Source: Octopus sinensis
Taxonomy: Eukaryota
Length of the DNA stretch: 64,000 bases
Direction of reading: 5' to 3'
Assembly (NCBI RefSeq): GCF_006345805.1
Contig: NC_043004.1
Span: 99,200,001-99,264,000, forward strand
Below the pieces are notes generated by a model. That model worked only from the letters and a program-made list of their open reading frames with translations, had not been told where the DNA came from and did no database searches. This document shows positions 53,160-64,000 of this stretch, one piece after another (positions within the stretch are counted from its first letter, which is position 1; each line of letters begins with the position of its first letter). Made by a program: the position numbers and the translations under genes.

Positions 53160-54175
53160 CGCAAGACGTGAGAACCTCTAATGTAAAGGCCACGAGTAGG
53201 CTTTTAAAGGGGAACCCCAACAACTCATGGACGTTGAGACACTTGACCTCCAGCGATACCTGAATGGTAAGTGCACGCCCCTTTGTGTCTTCTCTAAATT
53301 CTGTGCGGTCATCGTGAGTTGTTTAAGAGTAGGTAGCATAAATGTTCGTGGCCTGGTGTCGCCCTAGAAGCAGGGTCACCGCTCAACGTTTGGATATCTC
53401 TTGGTGGATGTCTACCACGACTGGAAGCAGGACGGGAGAATACCCAGTACAGTGAGCCGTGGCGAGGTGGTGCTCCTGAGAAAGGACCCAAACGAGGGGA
53501 CCAATTAGATAAGTTTAGGCCCATAACTCTTCTGAACGCAGATTATAAGATTTTGGCCAAGGTATTAGCCAAGAGGTTGGCATTAGTCGACGAAAAGCTG
53601 GTCGGTGACGCGCAGACAAGCGCTACCCCTATAGTCACAAGCCACGACAACTTCCACCTTAGGTGCTACACGACAGAGACGGTAAGGAAGGAAACTGATA
53701 TGGATGGAGCCCTGGTCAATTTGGATCAATAGAAAGCTTTTGTCCCCGCTGCGGCTTGTTTCGGTCTTGTTTTCAGAGGCTGGATCGCTGCAATGTATAG
53801 CGACATATCTTCGGTGGTCCAAGTAAACGGCCACATGTCGGAATCGTTTAGTATCGCTCTTTCGAACCGTCAAGAATGCCTATACCCTCCCCTTATCTAC
53901 GTACTGACTCTCGAGTCATTACTAAGAAAGTTATTTTTGCGATCTAGGATGCAGAAGTTTCGTGTCAGCATACAGGGACGACGTAACCGTAATAGTTTCG
54001 GACATCTCAGAGATCGAAGTGATCGGCACTAACTTAAGGGAGTACGAAACGGTGCCAGAAGTAAAAATTAATCAGAACAAGTCGGTGGATTTGCAGCTCG
54101 GCTCCTATAAGGCACTGTAGGGCATTAGACGGAAGGACCGGTTAAATTGTTCGGATTTTGGTTTGGTCCGGACCG
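53160..54175 (+). pseudogene. L1/Tx1-clade LINE remnant: endonuclease start fused by deletion to RT
   Basis: LRVGSINVRGL (~53323-55), then FRPITLLNADYKILAKVLAKRL, LVNLDQ*KAF, WIAAMYSDISSVVQVNG, VSAYRDDVTVIV (53971, YADD-like) and KINQNKS. Confidence 0.88.
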
Positions 54176-55352
54176 CGAGGCCAGTCTGACACAACAATAA
54201 ACTTATGTTTCAGGTGCGAAGCCAGCAAGTTTTGAGAGGCGTAGGTTCTGTCGAGTACTTCGGCTTCAGTTTTTTACTGGTACTTTATTTTACTGATCTG
54301 AATCACATTTAGCTTTATACCAAAGTGAAGTCTATCTGAGCAGGATTTAATCAGAGAATTTAAAGAAATTAACGCTCTGTTGACTCTATACTTCGCTGCT
54401 TGTATAATAATAATAAATATTAACGACACCAGAAATGAGAAAAGAAACCTCTATAATATTCGTGATGTCCATCAAGTTAACAATGCCATGGACAGCTGCC
54501 GGCTGAAATCTATCTGAGGTATTCTCTGATATGGCATCTACGTGTCAGTGTCTTTGCCAACTTCAGCATTCCAATTCGTTAATCTCTTTAATCCAGGCTC
54601 ATTAAATCGATCGTAAACCTATTTTTAAATGCTTCGATAGTAAACTCTAAATACGTGTTCAAATAAAAGTGCATTTTATTCATCTCGCAATTATGCTTCA
54701 TTTGGTTTTTGTTTGAGCAGAACAGCTGGAAATTTAGAAGAACAGAAATGGTATCCATTAGTTTTACATGGAATTTTTCTATTTGATCGAACCGGAAAAT
54801 TCTGGCAAAATCCTATCAATTCCTAACTGCCCTATGTATATTTTTATTGAATTTTGTTTCTATATGATTTCTTATATATGTTTGTGTGCGTTTGTGTATG
54901 TGTGTGTATATTTGTATGCATGTATGTACGCATGTATTTATGTATGTAGTATGTATTTATATACTACGTATACATATGAACAAATAAATACATTCTCTCT
55001 TTTATGGGCATTTTCTCCATATTAATATGCAGGGATGGCTTTTGTTAAAGGCTATTGCGTTTATATTTTTACAGTTGGATTCACTTAACCCGAAGTATAA
55101 GTAAAACAAGTCAGTCAGCGAAGGTGAAGAAAGCCGCGATATTTGTCTAAGAGGTTGAACATAAATAAATAAGATCTTGTTTTACACACCAGTGTACCAA
55201 AAGAATGAGCCCACAAAGTTTCCTTCGTCCGACCAGTCGACCAACTAGAAATAGCAAAATGATCTTCCTTAAATGGCATTCTATCAGCTTCTAATAGAAG
55301 GATACATAGAACAATATAATCGTAGATAACTATCGCTGCATTAAAATGATAA

Positions 55353-55545
55353 GTCATCATCGTCATTGTTTGACCGTGGTCGAGACAATGGAATTTACCA
55401 TGCTACGCCAGACTTCACGGTCCATCATGCCATTACGGAGGTCCTGTTGCTGGATGCCTGTATCCCTGGATATTACATCAGGGTAGGAGAGTGTGCGCCC
55501 TCTGGTATTGCGAGTAGATGGCTTCCAGAGGAAAAAGAGTAGAAA
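55353..55545 (-). mobile_element. 3' end of an RTE-like LINE with (TGA)n tail
   Basis: Minus strand LWKPSTRNTRGRTLSYPDVISRDTGIQQQDLRNGMMDREVWRSMVNSIVSTTVKQ* followed by tgacgatgatgac. Confidence 0.65.
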
Positions 55546-56479
55546 TTACCTCTTTTTCAGCTCTACAACAATGTCCAGCAAACTGGACTCTCTTACCTTT
55601 CAAAAGATAAGTAGTCATTTTTAAAATGTCTTTGATCATACTTCTACAGGGTGAGAGCTGAATTGATCTTATACATCAAAACAACAATACTTTTTCAACT
55701 TCGCAATAACAATGCCTGCAGAGTTGTCTGAACGTCGTGACACGACCGGCGAGCAATATGAACCATACCTCCTTTAAAGAACATCTTTCGGATTTAAAAA
55801 TGGAAGGACATTCTGTATGATATAGTTATATGATTCACTGAACCTAAATAAAAAGGTGATGATGATTGGCTTGGGTGCCTTCATTCATAATTCAGCTCGT
55901 TTAAGATTGACCTGTGGCGAAACAGCAATAGAAGGGCTGTTTTATTGCGGTTTACATCGTATTCACATAATTAGAATCGAAGAAGTAACCTCTAGCAGCT
56001 TCTAGATAAGTGCTGTCCATTCATTTGTCAATAGTTCGCTCTTCAGAATTATCGACTTTGTACCAATTTAAGAAATCGTAATATTATGATAACTCGCATT
56101 TATTTTACGCTAAAATAATGGTAATGCAATTCAGAGTAATTGGAATTTTCATAGATTCTTTATTGTTAAATTTACATCCCTGCACTTCAGGCAGCAGACT
56201 ACTTTACAACCAAAGAATAGTACAGATTTCTTTTTCTTCTGTAACACGGGATCTCAAAAACATTCAAAGGCGATGTGAGATGCTCATCGTCTTTCTGATA
56301 CGCTGTATAGGGCCCATCCCAGAGGCGAAAGCCGATTGGTCCACAACGATTGCACAAGTTGTGGACTTTCCGTTATAAAACCTGAAGTAAAGGAAGAGAA
56401 ATAAATTGAATGGGAGAAGACAATGGTTGAATATAGGCTGATAAATGCAGCTTCAATTCACTGTGTAACCTCAACATCA

Positions 56480-56699
56480 TAATAACCATCACTATCGACA
56501 ACAGCTGCGGTACCACCACCACAAACACCACCATCTTCATCATCATCATCATCATCGTTGTCGTTATCCTTATCATCATCGTCATCATCATCATAATCAT
56601 CATAATCATCATCATCATCATCATAATCATCATAATCATGATCATGATCATCATCATCATGATCATCATAATCATCATCATCATCATCATCGTCATCAT

Positions 56700-56735
<36 letters not shown>

Positions 56736-56753
56736 AATCATCATAATCATCAT

Positions 56754-56790
<37 letters not shown>

Positions 56791-56940
56791 GTCATCATAA
56801 TCATCATCATCATCATCATCATCATCCTCATCATCATCATCATCCTCATCATCATCATCATCATTACTGTCATCATCAACATCACCATCAGCCACATCTT
56901 TACCATTCACTAACAACATCACCACCACCACCACCACCAA
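56480..56940. repeat. (ATC)n/(ACC)n trinucleotide microsatellite
   Basis: Direct reading; source of the poly-D, poly-M and poly-I ORFs. Confidence 0.95.
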
Positions 56941-57419
56941 TTTTAACGTTTGGCCTTCTCTTATACAACAGGAACATGAAAAATTAAACTAACCATTCAA
57001 CATCGCGAACTGCTCATTTAATTCTGCTACGAAATTTCATGACTTTTCCTATTAGACTGAAAGCTGAAAATAACAAATATTGAGTATTTTCAAATGGTTA
57101 AAAGCGGCCATACTGGATATCATTGCTTTAGTTTCGACTCAGTCTGAGATGTACTTCATTACCAGTTCTAAAGAATTACTAGATTTCATTTCTCTCAGCG
57201 CCCTCTATAGTTCTGGTATTGTTTTGTGGTTTTCCAGGGCACCGAACTAAAGTTGTTTTCGCATTGACCGACTACAGATATCGTATCACAGGATGATTAC
57301 TAGTTAATGTTGACAGCACCACCAATGTTATTAACGATAAACCAGGTGTTACTCCTTTCCATGTATTGTTGGATGAATTTATGGGCAGGTGTGTCTCGTG
57401 CTTTTCCACATCCTCCCTC

Positions 57420-57760
57420 TGCCAAAACATGAGGCAAAAACAAATAACATCAACGATGCATAGATTTAGAACAAAGCTTAATTACTAGAGAATGAACACC
57501 AAATGACGGACCAAAAACACTCATAGGTTGATTCGGGACACGTCGCAGACAATCTGGATAACCTAAGCATATTCCTCCTCTTAGTTTCGACAAACAATCT
57601 ATATCTGTATTGTTAATGTAAGGCAGTTTTGCCACAGAGGTTTCGATAGCCACCCCGATGTACTTACTGAACAGCACATCGTCCCACTGTAACCTTGCCT
57701 TCCTCATAAAGTGATACTTTTAGAAGTTGATGGGGGCTTCGTCTGTGAGTAAAAGCTCTA
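57420..57760 (-). pseudogene. Possible decayed RTE LINE C-terminal remnant
   Basis: MRKARLQW...RGGICLGYPDCLRR resembles RLRWAGH...RGGQxxRYKDCLKR. Confidence 0.35.
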
Positions 57761-59393
57761 CTTGCTAGTTTTCAATCGCGTTCACCATAAAATAATGTCT
57801 TCTCCATAGTCACTCGGCAAAGGAGACTATCCTCACTTCTCTATCAAAAGTAAGTAGTGAAATAATCCTCGCGATAGACCTCGCACGTGCAAGACTATAT
57901 AAAAATACTTGTGGTAATTGCAATGTGATATGATAATCGTATATACGAGTGCAAGAAATAAAATATATAGTGTAGAATATCTTTCGTACTGAATATTGTC
58001 TGCTATAAATATATTACTTTCAGATAGTGTGAACCCCCATTACATTTAATAAACTATAAAAGAAAATAATACAAAACAAAAACCGAAACAAAAATAAACA
58101 AGACTTGCTAAAACTCCCAAATCACTTTAGGCCCTTCATTACCAGTAAAGATACTGGTTATTGAGATTTTTTTGTAAAATTCTTGTTAGCACCTAAGCTA
58201 ATTCTTTCCTTTTGCCTTTTACGGTTGTCTGTATATTGGTATTGCTGTTATTATTATTTATATTATCAATATTATTGATATCATTATGATCAGGTTTAGT
58301 AGTTTCGCTGCTATTACCATAACTGTTGTTATTATCAACATTATGGCAATTGTTTTTTATTGTTCTTGATGTCGTTATTATAATTATTTTCTTACTATTA
58401 TTATATTTCTGTATTTCAGAATGTTGCATCCATTTTGTTCTTAATGAAATCTTTACTAATATTTTGACCATTTTTTGGAAGGACGCTTTATTGAAATAAT
58501 AGCGTAATTTATATTCAGATATTCCTCTTTGATAATGACTATCACCTCAGGGTGTAGTGTGTATACCTGTGAAAGTCACGTGTGTACGTACGCATGTATT
58601 AAAGAAAATCAGTGTTTGTATGTGTGTAAAAGCAACTCTCCACACACATATATGTATGAATAAATATCTACGTATGAAAGCGTAGTTGTGAATGTTGATC
58701 GCTAAATTGATCGTTGATTTTTGACAAAACAATGACAATTTATCAAAAATACGGTCCTTCATGGGTATAAATAGATTCACTTGTTACAATACTCGTTCTT
58801 CGCAACAAACTGCAGAGAAGAAAAGGTTATAGCACAAATAATCACAGAAACGAGACAGAAGCCACAACAGCACATAGCAGTTACTCTAATCATGTAACTA
58901 CTTCATGCCATTGGCCTCCTCAGAGTTAAACGTCAGTTACATAGTAAAACTAACCTCTAGTTTTAGGACATTATTATGCAACTCTCTTATTAATGTAATT
59001 TACGACTAAAATAATAAACCAGCAAGATAGAATCTGTAAACTGCCCTCGAATAAGTAGTAATGATGTTGTTGGTACCAGTAGTAACATTAAAAAAGAGAC
59101 TATACAATTGGTGTTGTATGCGAGAAATATTTAGACAGAGATAATGACATCCATTGCAGAAGAAAGTGCGATAAACATAAATTTTAGTCATGGGAAATTC
59201 GACGGATGTGCAGTTAGAGACCTAAAGGCACTTCGTAATTGAAGCTCCCGCGATATTACTGGTATGGACGTTAGTAGATGTTGTTTACATTCTCCTTGTT
59301 TTATATCAATGTCAATGGCAAAGAAAGAGAAAGAGAAAGAAAGAAATACAAAGAGGCAAATAGACAGTTACACCTCTACTGTGGATAACATAG

Positions 59394-59716
59394 GAAGTGG
59401 AGGAGACCCTCTTCAGTCATGAATGACAGGGGATTGCACCTAGAAAGTTACCCTCCCAGGCACAAGTCCGGGAAAGGTTGTTTATGGAAGACCAGCAGTC
59501 ACCCATGCATACCACTGATGTTATCCAAGGGAAAGGCAAAGGCCCATACAGCTTGGCATCAGTGATGACGTAACTCATTTCTACAACTGAGTGAACTGGA
59601 GCAACGTGAAACAAAGTGTCTTCCTCAAGAACACAACAAACAGCCCGGTCCGGGAATCGAACTCACAACCTCACGATCGTAAGCTCGACGCTCTAACCAC
59701 TGAGCCATGGGCCTTC
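59394..59716 (-). mobile_element. tRNA/CORE-like SINE family D, full length, 16-bp TSD
   Basis: ACTGTGGATAACATAG at 59378-93 and 59717-32. Head gaaggcccatggctcagtggttagagcg...gagttcgattccc. Confidence 0.9.
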
Positions 59717-60419
59717 ACTGTGGATAACATAGTGCAGTATGAATTTCTTGGAAAGCCATTCCATTTAAGCAATGCTTCATATAGCAACGGTAAAGCAAAG
59801 TCCAGAGGAACTGACGAATGGCAGGCAATCCAAAATCATTATTGATATAATCTGCTGCTTCACTAAACTAATAAGTTACGCTTTCAAGTCCTACCCACGG
59901 GATTCTAGTAATGTTAATGATACGTGTTTACCAGTTGCATGTCATTGTCTAAAGAGAATATATCCATTAAGTTTACCACTCTGATGTTATGTTGCATGAC
60001 GTGGACAATGAAACAAATACAATTATAGCTAATTACATAACACTCCATACCTCATATGGATATTTTAATTCTAGATAAGTGTATCTTCTTTCTAGTCATG
60101 CTCCGGAATAATTGCGATTGAAATTATGATATTTCAGTACTAGTCAAAAATTGTTGCTCACAATTGGGATGATAAATCTCAAATTATAGGAAATCAAGTT
60201 GTGAAATATCTGCTTACATTAATCCATGTGCTTTGCAGTGTACTACATGTTTTCTTCTTGTATGATAAATATTGTTGTATCACTCCCCTTTGGAGCCATT
60301 CCTAGTTTGGCATATGGCTTCTCGATTAAATGGGATTGACATATGCTTGGAAAATTTAGGTAAGAATGAAGGATAGTGTTATCTTCAGGAAAGTGAATGA
60401 TATTGGTCTTGACGACAAA

Positions 60420-62900
60420 TAGGTAATTGATGTTCAAAAGATAGAAAGTAGGAACAAAACTAAATATGAGAGCAGACGTGAATTGATACGTTGTGTTACA
60501 AATGTACTTTCATCAGCACATACCGAAATTATGTGATCTAATATGAAGCTACGAATCTAAGTGAAGTTAGACGGATGAAGCCCATAGATGGGACGTTTTT
60601 ATAGGAGATTTGAATGCCATACATGGTGAAGACGTTGTGATATACTCGGAAAGGAGACTGCTTTCTAAAATCTCGCAAATACAAGAAACGACTTTTGGTT
60701 ACATAAGTGAATATGTCTCGCTTATTTCACCCAATGGTCTTCGTATAGCATAAAGATTCTCTCCGTAATGACAATGAGAAAGAGAGAGAGAATCAAAGTA
60801 TTGGAGAAAGTGTTAAGTGTCCTCTCCATTACCTATGTTATACATTGGAAGCAGGTGCGAAAAGGTGCGATGATTGGAAGGAACAGAAGTGTTGAAATTT
60901 ATAGTGTGGGGCACAACGACGTGTTTCTTGAAATCAGAATAAATTACTGGAGTAGTACAGACTGAATAAGTTGAAGGATGTGACGGTGTATGAGTTTGAT
61001 GGGAAGGATACTAATATTGCCAATGACCTTGAGTAACGACATAGGTTGATATACTTTCATACTTAGCGTATAAGTAGGAACAGTGGCAAAACTGGTGCGG
61101 TGGAAAGGTTTAAAGGTTTTACATATAGTTTATCCAGTGTGCACAATATGGAAATTGATGTAAGGCAAGCAACGTAGATGAAGACATGATTCGTAGGAAT
61201 ATTGTTAATAGATCTATTATAATCAAGAGGCCACAGAATTCAGGGCACTGCAACATTAGTGGACATTACTTTGACAAAGATTAGCTGCCATTTGTGAGTC
61301 AAAGGAGCTTGTAGTCTATTTGCGACAAGAAGACACTCTGCATGGTTCGGGCTGTGGTTTTTCAAAAGTTGTTGTCCTGGATAAATACCGCTCACTTTTC
61401 AGGAAGTAACTAAATTTTTATGGGTGTTGCAGATTCTGTTTCCTTTTACCTGGACACCCGCAGCACCTGAACAGTGGAATATTATTTTTTTTTTGTGTGG
61501 GGGGAATGCTGAGAAGGTACATATCCAAAAAGGCAGTTTCATACACAAATGTAACAATGTTTTGATGGTTTAAAAGTAAAACACATACTACTAGGATTAG
61601 CTTGTATAGACCTGGTGGAATTTCGAATATTCGGCTGGCTTGAAGTGCCACAGGGTCTGAAATATGGAGGTATTTTGTATTACTGGATGTGCAACGGATA
61701 ACTGCGATGTAACAGAAGTTATGGAAGTTATATTTGGAACTGAGAAAGATATTAAAAGTGCTTGGAAAATGTGTGTTATATATGCGTAAAAAGGGATTGA
61801 AACAAGTTGATGTTGCGAGTTGAAGATTGCATAATATTCGGTTTTTGACATATTGCTCATATCAGCGGTATTGTTCTACAAGGAGTGTCACTAGTGTTAA
61901 AGTCACCGAGGGTGATAAGCCCCCCCCCGCGCTTTCTTCGATCATGAATAACCATGGGATTGCTCTTAGAAAGCTACTCTCTGGGAAATAAGTCTGGTCA
62001 TGCTTGATTTATGGAAGACTAGCAGTCGCCCATGAATACCAGCCTTCCCTCTCCACGCCACCGATGTTATCCAAAGGAAAGGCAAAGACCGATACAGCTT
62101 GGCACCAGTGACGGCGCAACTCATTTCTACAGCAGTGAAATGGAGCAACGTGTGCTTACGAACACAACCAACAGCCCAACCCGGAAATCGACCTCACTAC
62201 CTCATGATTGTGAACCTGATGCTGTAACCACGGAGCCATTCGCCTTCAACTTTGGAGAGAATTTACGCGAGAAATATATCCTCTATGCAAGAGGAGATAT
62301 ATGGAAGAGTTGTCGGTGATTAATAGAGTTCGGAATGCCAAAAAGTGGGTAAGATGTATAAAGTGGGTAATGAAAGGGGTGATTACACCCAAGTTAATTG
62401 GAAGTCATTAGTATTGATGTCCAAATATAGCGATGAGAGAATGGTGTCTAAGGCTGTGCTGAGACCAGAATTCTGAGTAAACTTTGAGTAAAGATTGTAG
62501 ACTGGATAAAGGAAAGAATGTAGACTGGATTTTTGGTAGGGAGTCATGAATTTGTGTGTCGGAGAGTAATAGCGTGCAGGGTTGGCATATTAGTATGATG
62601 TGACGAGGAAGAGTGGAAACGAGATAGGAACGAAATCAGGGAATATCAGACAAAACGCAAATTTTTCTAGTATTTGACACCTCCGTCGGATGTGAAGAGA
62701 GCCAGCACTAATAGGTCACAGGAACTTGAAGCAAGAAAACTGGTTCGAAAGCAGGAGATGTGATGAGAGCTTAGATTGTTTGACACCTACATCTTCCCAC
62801 CCGAAAAGAGGACATATTTATGCTGTATATAACGAGACTACCTTTGAAGAATGGTATCAGATGATTTGCAGATGAATTGCTTTCTACAAGAATGTTCATT
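60420..62900 (-). pseudogene. Very decayed CR1-like LINE (EN to RT), interrupted by a SINE D
   Basis: Minus strand VCADESTF (YADDSTL-like) near 60520, with degenerate EN-like text near 62400-62800. Otherwise heavily disrupted. Confidence 0.35.
61941..62247 (-). mobile_element. Older SINE family D copy
   Basis: Aligns with 59394-59716 (ttatggaagactagcagtcgcccatg, gatacagcttggcaccagtgacg). Confidence 0.8.
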
Positions 62901-63278
62901 CATTTGAGAGATCTTTTCGAAGGTATCTGTACAAAAAGAGAGTAGGAGAGAGAGGGGATGGGAGAGAGAGAGAGAGAGAAAGAAAGAAAGAGAAGGAGAG
63001 AAAGAAAGAGAGAGAGAAGGAAAGAAAGAAAGAGAAATCTTTTTAGAAGTCAGTAGTTGATATTACTTGCGATCATTATTAGTTTATAAATAAAATCCGT
63101 GGAAGTCTAAATGAAACTTTAAAAATGCACTATACCTGTGGGTATGGGGCAATAACCATGTATGTCAACAAACAATTCCAATGGACGCCACACACTTCTA
63201 ACAAACATAAACATTCAGCACTTAAAGTTTTACATGAAGGTACTCAACAAATACAAATAGTAGACATACGCACACAAA

Positions 63279-63775
<497 letters not shown>

Positions 63776-64000
63776 TTATGTGTGTGTATGCATGAAGATG
63801 TCATGTACGCTGTTTGCTAAATATTTCGGTATGAGAATGCCAAATTAATTTATTGAACATTACACGCACTATATTTATAGTCGCAGGGCATGAACCCTAA
63901 AAAACTAAACAGGATTAAAAGCTTATGAGCTTTCGTGTGAAGTAAGATTTGGTCGCCATGTGTCTCATTAATTACTCTTACACGCCATTAACAAACAAAT

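Noticed and set aside
56373-56940. Poly-Asp, poly-Met and poly-Ile ORFs resembling acidic biomineralisation proteins
   Set aside because: A pure (ATC)n microsatellite, open in several frames on both strands, with no signal peptide or splice context.

Overview
AT-rich, repeat-saturated eukaryotic intergenic or intronic DNA. The SINE families match my recollection of octopus (Octopus sp.) repeats; this is an inference, not a database result. I found no supportable host protein-coding gene, tRNA, rRNA or CRISPR array. Almost every long ORF in the track is a microsatellite translation. The window holds four tRNA-headed SINE families (labelled A-D here), many with target-site duplications (TSDs). 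It also holds decayed LINEs (RTE, CR1, L1/Tx1), Penelope-like (PLE) RT and GIY-YIG remnants, Tc1/mariner remnants, Helitron/HINE-like elements and TAG-ended MITEs with 4-bp TSDs. The most interesting feature is at 13840-15418: a ~555-bp tandem unit carrying a minimal type I hammerhead ribozyme motif (CUGAUGA-stem II-GAAA-palindromic stem III-GUU). It is arranged as a head-to-head ~1.5-kb palindrome inside (TA)n, and the inversion breakpoint falls within a hammerhead core. This looks like a non-LTR retrozyme or Penelope pseudo-LTR locus.
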